A DNA stretch of 64,000 nucleotides, from NCBI GenBank assembly GCA_963734545.1, contig CAVTHO010000006.1, positions 320,001 through 384,000 on the forward strand, written 5' to 3'. This document shows positions 44,124 through 54,602 of the stretch, one piece after another. Under the pieces are notes generated by a model that ran no database searches, was not told the DNA's origin, and saw only the letters and a list, made by a program, of their open reading frames with translations. Positions within the stretch are counted from its first letter, which is position 1. Each line of letters opens with the position of its first letter. The translations under genes and the position numbers were made by a program. Source of the stretch: an uncultured Spirochaetota bacterium (GTDB taxonomy: Bacteria > Spirochaetota > Spirochaetia > SZUA-6 > Fen-1364).

Positions 44124-45152
44124 ATGAGAAAGATCCTGTTGTTCGTGCTCGTGGCTCTCATGGCGGCGCCCCTGGCAATGGCCCAGCAAAAGTGTACGAG
44201 CTCAAGCTGGCGCATGCCGACTCGACCGACATCAGCGTGTCGCGAAAACACGCCCAGGCGTTGCCTTCGCGGACCTCGTCAACACGAGGAGCGGCGGGAG
44301 AATCAGCGTCAAGGTGTACGGCGGCGGGGCCCTCGGCGCCGAACGCGAGTACGTCGAGTCCATCAAGGCCGGGCACGGTGGAAGCGGGAATCGCCTCGGG
44401 CGTCATTGCCAACTTCTTCCCCTCGGCGATGGTCACCGACATCCCGTTCCTGTTCCCCTCCGGCGAGATAGCCTGGAAGGTCCTGGACGGTCCCTTCGGA
44501 GACAGGCTGCGCGCCGCGTTCCTGAAGGAGACGGGGATGCGCTGCCTGACGTTCGCCGAGGTCGGGTTCCGCAACTTCACGAACAATGTCAGGCCCATCA
44601 GGACGCCCGCGGACATGAAGGGCCTGAAGATCCGGGTGCAGGAGACGCCCCTTTACATCACCTTGATCAAGGCCCTCGGGGCGAGCCCGACGCCCATCGC
44701 CTTCACCGAGCTGTACACCTCGCTGCAGACAAAGGTCGTGGACGGTGAAGAGAACCCGATCGCCGACGATCCTCATGTCGAAGTTCGCCGAGGTGCAGAA
44801 GTACTGCACCCTGGACGGCCACAACTACGGCGTGGACTACTTCGTGATCAACGAGAAGTTCTACCAGAGCCTCCCGCCGGATCTGCAGTACATCGTGCTC
44901 TCAAGCGCTCGGATCAGCGCTGCGGTGGGCCGCGGCGTCCAGCAGCTCGTGGCCGCGGAGGGAGTCCGGGCGCTCCAGGATGCGGGCATGGAAGTCTATG
45001 TACCAACCACGGCGGAGCTTGAGATGTTCAAGCAGGCCACCCAGCAGCCGGTCATCGATTGGCTGAAGACAAAGATCGACCCGAAGCTCATCGCGGAAAT
45101 GCTGCAGGTGGTCAAGGACACCGTTGCGCAGCAGAACAGGGACCTGAAGTAG
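44124..45152 (+). CDS. dctP: TRAP transporter substrate-binding protein (frameshifted)
   Basis: Signal peptide; GFRNFT, DMKGLKIRV, ELYTSLQTKVVDGEENP. Confidence 0.88.
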
Positions 45153-45166
45153 AGAGGACAGAAAAT

Positions 45167-45194
45167 GGAAGCGGGACCGCAAGGTCCCGCTTCC
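45167..45194 (+). other. GCAA-tetraloop hairpin after dctP (mRNA stabiliser/attenuator)
   Basis: GGAAGCGGGACC-GCAA-GGTCCCGCTTCC with no U-tract. Confidence 0.6.
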
Positions 45195-45216
45195 TCCTGA
45201 AGGGAGGAACGGCGGA

Positions 45217-45702
45217 ATGAAGCTCATCGACAGGATCATGCGCGGGATGGAGAATGTCATCATGTGGGCGGCGTACGTCCTGCTTGTCCTGATGGTGATC
45301 AACACGGCCGGCGGCGTGTTCTTCCGATACGTTCTTCACAACGCCATCCCGTGGACGGAAGAGCTGGGACGCTACATGATGATCTACGTCGGCTTCTTCG
45401 GCTGCATCCTGGCCATGGGTACAGACTCCCACGTGGGAGTCCAAATGTTCACCGCTCTGTTTCGCCCGGCAGTCAAGCGCGTCTTTCACATCATCGCCCG
45501 GCTCGTGGTGGCCGTCTTCCTCATCGTCATCCTCATGAAGTGCGGAGAGCAGCTGAGCGCGCTGCGAATCCAGAGGTCGAGCGCCATGGAGATTCCCATG
45601 GTTGTTCCTTATTTTGCCGTGACCTTCGGCATGGCCCTGATGCTCCTCGAGGACCTCGTGCACCTGCTGCGCCTCTTCATCAACAAGGAAGGAACACCAT
45701 GA
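45217..45702 (+). CDS. dctQ: TRAP transporter small permease
   Basis: VFFRYV..WTEELGRY..SHVGV; 4 TM helices. Confidence 0.9.
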   Translation: MKLIDRIMRGMENVIMWAAYVLLVLMVINTAGGVFFRYVLHNAIPWTEELGRYMMIYVGFFGCILAMGTDSHVGVQMFTALFRPAVKRVFHIIARLVVAVFLIVILMKCGEQLSALRIQRSSAMEIPMVVPYFAVTFGMALMLLEDLVHLLRLFINKEGTP

Positions 45703-46983
45703 CACTGTGGCTCGCGATTGGAGCGTTCGTCCTCTGCCTGCTCATCGGCGTGCCCATCGCCTACAGTCTGGGAACAGCGAGTGTCATCTACCTGGTGTTG
45801 AAGGGAGTATCACTCGGGCTGATTGCGCAGCGCCTGTTCACCGGCCTGGACAGCTTTGCCTTCATGGCCATTCCCTTCTTCATCCTGGCAGGAGAGCTGA
45901 TGAACAGCTCCGGCATCACCAAGCGACTGGTCAACTTCGCCTCGCTGTTCGTCGGCCGGCTGAAGGGCGGGCTCGGTCATGTGACCATCCTCACCTCGAT
46001 GCTCTTCGGCGGGGTCACCGGTTCGGCCATCGCGGATGCCTCCGCGGTCGGGGCAATGATGATCCCCGGCATGAAGCAGGAAGGCTTTGACGAGGATTTC
46101 TCCGCGGGCCTGGTGGCCTCGGCCTCGGTCATGGGCCCCATCATACCGCCGAGCATCCCCTTCGTGGTCTTCGCCCTGCTCAGCAGCACGTCGGTGGCAG
46201 CTCTTTTCCTTGGGGGCATCGTCCCGGGCGTCATGATCGCGCTCGGGCTCATGATCGTCACCTACTACATCTCCGGCAAAAGGAAGTACCCGCGCGCGAC
46301 CAAGTGGCCTACGCTCAAGCAGGCCGGCCGTGGCCATCCTGAACGGCATTGTGCCTCTCCTGATGCCGCTCATCATCCTCGGCGGCATCCTTGGCGGCAT
46401 CTTCACCGCGACCGAGGCGTCTGCAGTTGCCGTCGTCTACGCCATGGTGATCGGTTTCATCGTGTACAGGAACCTCGACATGAAGTCGTTCCTCGCTGCC
46501 CTCCTCACCACGGCAAAGACAACGGGCGTGGTCTTTCTGGTCATCGCCTGCTCGAACGTCTTCAACTGGATGCTGGTCGTGGAGCAGGCCCCGCAGGCCA
46601 TGGCGGCTTTCGTGGGGGGCATCATCCATAACAAGGCGCTCCTGCTCCTGGCCATCAATATCGTGCTGCTCATCGTCGGGACCTTCATGGAAGGCACCGC
46701 GGCAATGATCATCCTGGTCCCGATCCTCTTGAAGATCACCGCCGTCTACGGCATTCACCCCGTGTTCCTCGGCGTGGTCGTCGTGCTCAACCTCATGATC
46801 GGGCTGCTCACGCCGCCGGTGGGCTTGTGCCTCTACGTCGTCTGCGGCATGGCGAAGCTCTCCCTGGAGAGAGTGGTCAGGGCGGTCGTCCCGTTCCTGA
46901 TCGCGGAGATCATCGTCTTGTTTCTCATTACATACATAGAGCCGCTGTCCATGTTCCTGCCCAGGGCGTTCGGGTACTTGTAG
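45699..46983 (+). CDS. dctM: TRAP transporter large permease (frameshift near 46325)
   Basis: AIPFFILAGELM, GSAIADA, IIPPSIP, FTATEA, LTPPVG. Confidence 0.92.
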
Positions 46984-47006
46984 CAGCGACCGGAAGGAGC
47001 ACCGCA

Positions 47007-48039
47007 GTGAAAGCGATTGTGAAATACGAGGACAAGCCCGGCGCCGTGAAGGTGATGGATCGCCCGAAGCCCCGCGTCGGGGCCCGTGATGTGCTCATTG
47101 CCATCAAGGCCACCGGGATCTGCTACACGGACATGTCCATCATCAAGGGCGAGTACAAGGGCCGCAAGCCGGTCCCCATCCCGGTGATCCTCGGACACGA
47201 GGGATCCGGGACCGTGGCGGAGACAGGCCGGGAGGTGAGCGGCTACCGGGCCGGCGAGAGAGTGGCCTTCGAGGCGCTGAACGGCTGCGGCCACTGCCTC
47301 AACTGCAGGAACGGCTTCAAGAACATGTGCACGGACTGGACGCATGTCGGCATCACCTGCGACGGAACTTTTGCCGAGTACCTCGCGCTCCCCGACGTCA
47401 TGGTGCACAAGCTGCCTGACAGCGTGTCCTTCGCGGATGCCGCGGTGCTCGAGCCCCTCAGCCTTGTCGTGCGCTCGCTGGAGCACGTTCAACCCGTCCC
47501 GGGGGAGACGGCGGTGGTCATCGGCCCCGGGTCGGTCGGGCTTCTCCACCTCCAGGCACTGAAGGCTTCAGGGGTGGACAAGGTCATCGTCATCGGGATC
47601 GAAAAGGACAGGCAGAGGTTCGAGATTGCCAGAGTCCCTCGGCGCGGACGTGGTCGTGTACAGCGACAAGGAGGATCCTGTGAAGGCGGTGATGGACGCG
47701 ACAGGCGGCCTGGGGGCTGACGTCGTGATCGAGACCGCGAACCACCCCGTGGTGTGGGATTACCTTCTCGACATCGTGGCAGCCCGTGGACGGATATCGA
47801 CCTTCGGCCTGTATCCCGAGGCGAAGATCAAGCCGCTTGCGCTGCTGCGCAAGGGCGCGACGATCTACGGGGATGTCGCGCTCCTGTCCAGGCACTTCGT
47901 GCGCGCCATCAAGTGGCTGGAGACGAAGAAGGTCTCCGGGGAGAAGCTCATCACGAAGCGCTTTGCATTGGACCAGATGGAGGAGGCGTTCAAGGTCTTC
48001 CGTGCCGGGGAGACGATCAAGGTCCTCTTCGAGTTGTAG
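47007..48039 (+). CDS. Zn-dependent medium-chain dehydrogenase (frameshift near 47630)
   Basis: GICYTD, GHEG, CGHCLNC..C, EPL, GPGSVG. Confidence 0.88.
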
Positions 48040-48066
48040 GTCGGCTGCAAACCGCGCGGAGCAATA

Positions 48067-49440
48067 ATGAAGAAGATCAGGTCGATCAATCCCTTCTCCC
48101 GGGAAGTGAACGGCGAATTCGATTCACTGTCAGCGCCGCGGGCCGCGAGAGAGATCGAGGCGTCGCGGACGGCGTTCCGCGCCTGGCGGGCCCTGAGCGC
48201 GCGCGAGCGGGGGAAGTGCATAATCCGCCTGGGCGAGGTCCTGATGGCGGGACAGCGAGGCTACGCGGAAACGATCACCCGGGAGATGGGCAAGCCCATC
48301 AGGCAGTCGCTCCAGGAAATCGAGCGGTGCGCGAATATCGCGGCATATTTCGGGAAGAACGCCGAGGAGCTGACCCGGGACGAGACGGTGTCCACGGCTT
48401 TCAAGAAAAGCTACGTGTCCTTCGAGCCCCTGGGCGTGATACTTGCGATCATGCCCTGGAACTTCCCGGTGATACAGGCGCTCAGGTTTGCCATTCCCAC
48501 CATGACGGCGGGGAATGTCGTCGCGCTGAAACCCGCTTCGAATGTGCCCCTGTGTGGGATGGCCATCGAGGGCATGTTCGCCGAGGCCGGATTCCCGCGC
48601 GGCGCTTTCAAGACGCTTCTCATGGACTCCGCCACCGCGCTGGGCCTCATACGGGACGACCTGGTGGACGGCGTCTCGCTCACCGGAAGCATCAGCGCGG
48701 GCTCGGCAGTCGGCGCCGCGGCCGGGGCGGGCATCAAGACGGCGGTGCTGGAGCTGGGCGGATCCGATCCCTTCCTTGTCCTGGACGACGTCAATGTGGA
48801 CGCGGTCGCTTCCGCCGCCGTCCAGGCGCGGTTCGTCAACGCCGGCCAGAGCTGCGTTGCGGCCAAGCGTTTCATCGTCATGGAAAAGGTTGTCGGGGAG
48901 TTCTCCGAGCGCTTCGTCCACCACCTGCAGGCAATGAAGGTGGGCGATCCCATGGATGAGTCGACGGACATCGGGCCGCTCGCGAGGCCCGAATCACGCG
49001 AGGAGCTCGAACGCCAGGTCGAGGATGCGCGCGCAAAAGGGGGAACCGTGATACTCGGTCCCCTCCCGCCTGCCGGCAGGGCCTTCTTCCGTCCGGCCGT
49101 CATCCTGAACGCGACCCCGGACATGGCGGTTGCGCGCGAGGAGACATTCGGTCCCATTGCCCCGATTTTCGCCGTCAGGGACGAAGAGGAGATGGTCGCC
49201 ATGGCCAACTCGACCAAGTTCGGGCTGGGAGCCACGATCTGGAGCGGGGACATTGCCAGGGCCGAGCAGCTTGCCGCGAGAATCGACTCGGGATTCGTCG
49301 GCATCAATCAACCGGTGAAATCTGATCCCCGTCTGCCCTTCGGAGGCACAAAGAGCTCAGGTATCGGGCGGGAGCTCTCGCACTATGGGGTGAGGCAGTT
49401 CACAAACATAAAGACCGTCGTCGTCCAGAATCCGAGGTAG
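48067..49440 (+). CDS. NAD(P)-dependent aldehyde dehydrogenase (SSADH/Sad-like)
   Basis: MPWNFP, LELGGSD, NAGQSC, EETFGP, PFGG. Confidence 0.9.
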   Translation: MKKIRSINPFSREVNGEFDSLSAPRAAREIEASRTAFRAWRALSARERGKCIIRLGEVLMAGQRGYAETITREMGKPIRQSLQEIERCANIAAYFGKNAEELTRDETVSTAFKKSYVSFEPLGVILAIMPWNFPVIQALRFAIPTMTAGNVVALKPASNVPLCGMAIEGMFAEAGFPRGAFKTLLMDSATALGLIRDDLVDGVSLTGSISAGSAVGAAAGAGIKTAVLELGGSDPFLVLDDVNVDAVASAAVQARFVNAGQSCVAAKRFIVMEKVVGEFSERFVHHLQAMKVGDPMDESTDIGPLARPESREELERQVEDARAKGGTVILGPLPPAGRAFFRPAVILNATPDMAVAREETFGPIAPIFAVRDEEEMVAMANSTKFGLGATIWSGDIARAEQLAARIDSGFVGINQPVKSDPRLPFGGTKSSGIGRELSHYGVRQFTNIKTVVVQNPR

Positions 49441-49500
49441 GCCCCCCTACACCAACAGGCGGTTTCGTGCCATCCTGTGACCGCACAGAGAGGCAGAGGA

Positions 49501-49954
49501 GTGGCGAAGCACATCGCGGTCATTCACGGCCCGAACCTGAACATGCTGGGCAAACGCGAAGTCGGCATCTACGGCGGAAAGTCGATGGAGGACATCAACG
49601 CCGATGTCGCCGCGGAAGCCGGCAGGCTCGGCGTGACCGTGGAGTTCTATCAGAACAACGGCGAAGGTGAGCTGGTCAGCTTCATCCAGCAGTGCCGGGG
49701 CAGGGTCGAACGGGATCCTGTTGAACGCCGGCGCCTACACCCACTACTCGGTGGCCCTGCGGGACGCCATCTCCGCGGCGCAGGTCCCCACGGTGGAGGC
49801 GCACATCTCGAACATCTACAAGAGGGAGAAGTTCCGCCACACGTCGGTGATCGCGCCGGTGTGCATCGGTCAGATCTGCGGTTTCGGCCCGTACAGCTAC
49901 ATCCTGGGGCTTCGCGCGCTGATCGAGGACCGGCTCGACCCCTGGCTGGCGTGA
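49501..49954 (+). CDS. aroQ: Type II 3-dehydroquinate dehydratase, copy 1 (frameshift near 49705)
   Basis: [40 protein letters not shown]. Confidence 0.9.
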
Positions 49955-50411
49955 GGAAGATACTATTGAAGAAGAAGAGCTTCCTGGTCATATCGGGACC
50001 CAACCTGAACCTCCTGGGGACGCGCAAGACCTCGATCTACGGTGAGGGCTCGCTGGAGGACATCCACAAGGGCCTGAAGCTCGCGCGCCGAGGAGCTGAA
50101 CGTGCAGGTGGACTGCCGGCAGTTCAACAGCGAGGGGGCGATCATCGACTCCCTGCAGGAGGCGCCCGGGCATTTCGACGGGGTGATCATCAACGCCGGG
50201 GCCCTCGCGCACTACAGCTACGCGCTTGCGCAGCGCCATCGGGTCCACGCTCCTTCCGTGCGTGGAGGTGTTCATCTCCAACGTCCACGCGCGCGAGGAG
50301 TTCCGGCACACCTCCGTGATCGCGCCGGTCTGCGTGGGGGTCATCGGGGGATTCGGCAAGAAGAGCTACCTGCTGGCCCTGGAAGCATTGGCAAACCTGA
50401 GTGAAGCCTGA
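49951..50411 (+). CDS. aroQ: Type II dehydroquinase paralog, copy 2, with catalytic His replaced (frameshifted)
   Basis: [35 protein letters not shown]. Confidence 0.8.
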
Positions 50412-50426
50412 GGTGAGGCAGCGGGC

Positions 50427-51258
50427 ATGAGCATACTGTGGGGCAAGCAGGTCTCGGAGCTGTCCGGCGCGGCACAGGCGCGCGCGCAGGGCTTCGATTT
50501 CGTGCAGCCGCTGGGAACCCTCGTGGCTGACATGAGCGACCAGGAGTTCCGCGCGGAGAAGGCCCGGATCGCTGACAGCGGCATCCCCCTTGCCGTCTTC
50601 GCAGTTCCTCTTCCTGCGGAGGTGCGTGTGACGGAGCGCGGCTTCAACCTGTATGCGTGGACCGAGCATCTGAAAAAGGCGGTGCCCCGGATGGCCGAGC
50701 TGGGCTGCAGGAAGCTGCTCTGGAGCAACGGCCGGGCACGAGTCCTCCCCGAGGAGGGCAATGTGGCCGGCCTGAAGGCAGCAGGTGGCCCAGTTCCTGT
50801 TCCTGCTCTGCGATGTGGCCGCGAACGCCGGGATCTCCGTTCTCGTCGAGCCGCTGGATCCGCGGCGCACGAACTTCCTGAACTCCATGAAGGAAATCGG
50901 CGAGTTCCTCCACCGGGTGGGAAAGGAGAACCTGGCGTCCATGATCAGCCTGAGGGAGCTGGATGCCATCGGCCTGCCGATCTCCCGGCTCGGCGAGTTC
51001 CGACACCTGATCCGGTACGTGCAGATGGAAAACCCCCTGTCTCGGGAGGGAGCCCGCGCCTGCCCGCGTCGGTCGGACGGCTTCGACTATCGTCCATTCC
51101 TGCGCGCGCTGCAGGATATCGGATACGGCGCCGAGATCGGGCTTCCTGTCGACGCGGATGCGGATACGCTCACGTACTGCCGGGAGCTGGCGGAACAGAC
51201 GTCAGCCGGGTTCCATCGCCGCGACGCCTCTCTTGAGCGTCCCCGCTCCCCCGTGTAG
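50427..51258 (+). CDS. Sugar-phosphate isomerase/epimerase-like TIM-barrel protein (frameshift near 50780)
   Basis: GFDFV, LVEPL...NFLNS, ALQDIGY typical of the AP_endonuc_2 fold; metal ligands look partly degenerate. Confidence 0.7.
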
Positions 51259-51267
51259 TATCCCCGA

Positions 51268-52561
51268 ATGGAAAATCCCCCCGCAGCACAGCGCGCTGAA
51301 CTTGCAGAGGGTGGGCGCCTCGTCACGCCTCTGGCAGCCAGACGCATCACCCGGGTCCTCTTTGCGGCTCAATGCCTGGCCTCGGCTGCTTTCATCGCCA
51401 CATCAACTGTATCCGCCATCGCGGGAATGGCGCTGAGCGGCCAGAGGAGCCTGGCAGGGGTGCCTGCCGCGGCGTCCACTCTTGCGGGATCGGGCGCTGC
51501 CTTCCTCTGGGGTCTGCTCATGGATCGAATGGGCAGGCGGCCGGCCCTTGCGCTGGGCCTGCTCTGCGGCGCAGTGGGATCTGCGGTGTGCATCTGGGGG
51601 ATCACGGCAGGCTCCTTCCTGGTACTTGTCGGCGGCATGATGCTCATAGGAGTGGCGAACGCGGCAGTCGCCTTGAGTCGATTCGTGGCAGCGGAAGTGA
51701 ACATGCCCGAGCGACGAGGCCGGGCCGTGTCCACCGTCGTGCTGGGTGGCACAGTGGGGGCCATCGGAGGTCCCCTTCTGGTGACGCCCGCTGGCCACAT
51801 CGCCATGCAGGCCGGCACAGGCGATCTTGCCGGCGCCTTCGGTGCCGCGGTGATTCTGCTCCTGGTGGCAGGCGCGGTGATAGCCGCGGCGCTCCGTCCC
51901 GAGCCGCTGACACTTGCAGCGGGCGGCGTGAAACAGGCGGGGGCGGCCGGCGAACGCGCCCAGTCCGTCCAGCGGCGCGCCATTTCCGAGATCTTCCGTC
52001 TTCCGGGTGCCGCCGCCGCCGTTGCCGCCATGGTGTTCAGCCAGGTGGTGATGGTGGGCCTCATGGTGATCACTTCCCTCTATATGAAGGACATGCACCA
52101 CGGCCTGGGGGACATCTCCGTCGTGTTCTCCGCGCACACCATCGGGATGTATGCATTCTCCCTGATCTCCGGGCAGGCTCATCGACCGGTGGGGCAGGCG
52201 CCAGGTGATTCTCCTGGGCGCCTCTATACTCCTGGTGGCGTGCCTCACCGCGCCCCTGACAGGAGATACGATTCCGCTTTCCATCTCCCTCCTCCTGCTT
52301 GGCCTGGGCTGGAACTTCTGCTTCGTGGGAGGATCCACTCTGCTCGCAGACCACTTGAGCCCGGCGGAGCGAGGGCGCACGCAAGGCTTCAACGATCTGC
52401 TGGTGGGGCTGGCGGCTGCCGTGGGCAGCCTGGGCAGCGGCCTCGTCTCGGCGAGATTCGGCTACGCCGGCGTCGGGCTGGCGGGAGCCGTGCTCGCGGT
52501 GGCGCCGTTCGTGTTTGTGGCGCGTTGGGTGAGGCAGGGGGCCCGGGGTTCGGCAGCGTGA
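51268..52561 (+). CDS. MFS transporter (frameshift near 52177)
   Basis: LMDRMGRR motif A, RGRAVS, ~12 TM helices. Confidence 0.88.
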
Positions 52562-52623
52562 CAGGGGCGGGGAGCCGCCCGTCCGCATTCGCCTCCCTCG
52601 CGGATCTCACCCATGTTTAGAGC

Positions 52624-54435
52624 TCACCGAACCGGGGATAGTGCAGCCTTGTCGGGGATGGCGCTGTTCTTGCGATTGAACTCCTCGATCTCGCGGCTCA
52701 AAGCGTTCACCATGTCCACGAGCGAGCGTGAGGATTCCGTAATAGTCTGAATCCGCTGCGCGTTGGTTTGCGTGAGCTCGTTGATGGACTCTATCGACCT
52801 GGAAACACCCGCTATGGACGAGCTCTGCTCGTTCATGGCCTGCGTGATGTGCTCCGCTCTTCCTTTGACAAGCTGTGCGCTTTCTTCCACCACCTGGTTG
52901 GCCTGCGCCTGATCCTGCGCGCGCGTGGAGAGCTCGGAGAACGCGGCGACGATGCCGCCAATGTCCTTGATAATGGCGTTGATGCGCGACACCGCCACCG
53001 CGGTGTTCTGCATTCCGCTGCCGATTTCCTTCTCGTTGCGCCGGATCAGGCCATTGATGTTCTTGATGCTCGCGGCCGTCGCGTCAGCCAGTTTTCCTAT
53101 CTCATCTGCAACAACGGCGAAGCTGCGCCCGTACTCTCCTGCCCGGGCCGCCTCGATGGTGGCGTTGAGCGCCAGCAAGTTGATGCGGTCGGAGATGTCA
53201 TTGATGATCTCGATGATGCCGGTGATCTCGGTGGAGCTTCCCTGGATGGTCTGCATGCTCTCGTTCATGATCTTGAGCGATTCCTCGCCCGACCTCGCGT
53301 TGACCGACACTTCGTTGATGACGTTCAAGGCGTGCGACACGGTGCGGGAGAGGGCGTCCGTTGACCCGGTGAGCCTGGTCATGGTCTGTGTCAGGTTCTC
53401 CACGCCCGAAAGCTGCTTTTCGGCACTCTCCTTCACGCTGAGCGCCGAATCGGAGGTTCCCGCGATGGAGGCGCTGATCTCCTCGGTCGCAGCCGCCTGT
53501 TCATGGGAATTGTCCGTGAACTCGGCGATGCTCCGGGAGAGAGACTGGGTGTTGCTCAGGAGGGTCTCCGCGCTCGATTTGAGCACGCCCCGGATGAAAA
53601 GGTTCTGGGTCAGGTTCTTCTCCGCCTCCCGTTGTGCGCGTTCATTCGCCCGCTCCGTGTTGCGCGCCAGGTCCAGGAAGCGCCGCAGGGATCCGCCCAT
53701 GGAGAACAGGATGAAAAGGGTGATCCCGATGGTGAATCGGGAATACTTGACGTCCGGCAAGATGTCAAAAACCACCCGGCTCCCGACGGAATGGGTACCG
53801 ACGATATCTACCGCGGCGCCGTAGATGGCCAGGAGCAGACCGATGAAGGAGGGCAGAAGATACCGCAGCCGGCGACCGCGAATCATGTCCACGAGGAAGC
53901 AGCAGACTGCGTACAGGATCAACAAACCCAGGAAAGCATCCCTTGCGTCATACACGGGTCCCTGCAGGCCCCGACCGTACTCGCCCGGCCTGGTCATCCA
54001 GTCCTCGCGATGGTTGGTCACGGAGATGTACAGGTCCGGCAACAGGAAGGCGACCAGGATGAACCCGACGGCCAGCACAAGACCGCCAAACATCACCACC
54101 CTGTTGGCCTTTTGCCAGCGAGGGCCGATGACGAGCAGGCTTCCCAGCATGTAGGGAATTGCGAAGAGAAAGATGGGCCCTGCCGCCTGCTCGAGGCGGT
54201 TGAACTGCATGGCCAGCATCGGGTTGCCAAGCAAGCCTCCGATCGGCAGGACCATCGATTCTCCGAAGACAAAAACGGCCCCCGCAAAGGCCAGAATCGA
54301 CATGGCCAGGTACAGACGATCCCGCACAGAGAGGTAGATGACGGAGAAAATGAACAGACCCATGAAAAGCAGGCCGAAGCAGATGAGCGGCGGCACAAGC
54401 TGGGAGAGACTCATGGTTTCCTGGAACTGCGGCAT
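52624..54435 (-). CDS. Methyl-accepting chemotaxis protein with multi-TM sensor
   Basis: INLLALNATIEAARAGEYGRSFAVVADEIGKLA hairpin; ~7 N-terminal TM helices. Confidence 0.9.
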   Translation of the reverse strand: MPQFQETMSLSQLVPPLICFGLLFMGLFIFSVIYLSVRDRLYLAMSILAFAGAVFVFGESMVLPIGGLLGNPMLAMQFNRLEQAAGPIFLFAIPYMLGSLLVIGPRWQKANRVVMFGGLVLAVGFILVAFLLPDLYISVTNHREDWMTRPGEYGRGLQGPVYDARDAFLGLLILYAVCCFLVDMIRGRRLRYLLPSFIGLLLAIYGAAVDIVGTHSVGSRVVFDILPDVKYSRFTIGITLFILFSMGGSLRRFLDLARNTERANERAQREAEKNLTQNLFIRGVLKSSAETLLSNTQSLSRSIAEFTDNSHEQAAATEEISASIAGTSDSALSVKESAEKQLSGVENLTQTMTRLTGSTDALSRTVSHALNVINEVSVNARSGEESLKIMNESMQTIQGSSTEITGIIEIINDISDRINLLALNATIEAARAGEYGRSFAVVADEIGKLADATAASIKNINGLIRRNEKEIGSGMQNTAVAVSRINAIIKDIGGIVAAFSELSTRAQDQAQANQVVEESAQLVKGRAEHITQAMNEQSSSIAGVSRSIESINELTQTNAQRIQTITESSRSLVDMVNALSREIEEFNRKNSAIPDKAALSPVR

Positions 54436-54602
54436 AGCTCATCAACCTCTTGTGTGTATTGCCGTATCTCTGGCCGACACCGGCATCTTCAGTATACCAC
54501 TCCGTGCCGGAAATGTTTGGTCGGAAATCCAGACGGTTGACTCGCCCAACAAGCAGCTCAGCAGGGCGGCGTGCCGCCGCCCTGCCGCCGCCCTGCCGCG
54601 TC

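Noticed and set aside
43036-48039. Standard Thermotoga-type myo-inositol pathway
   Set aside because: No recognisable IolG (Gfo/Idh/MocA) or sugar kinase in the cluster; uptake is by a carboxylate TRAP, and aroQ/ligK point to a carboxylated cyclitol. Not fully excluded.
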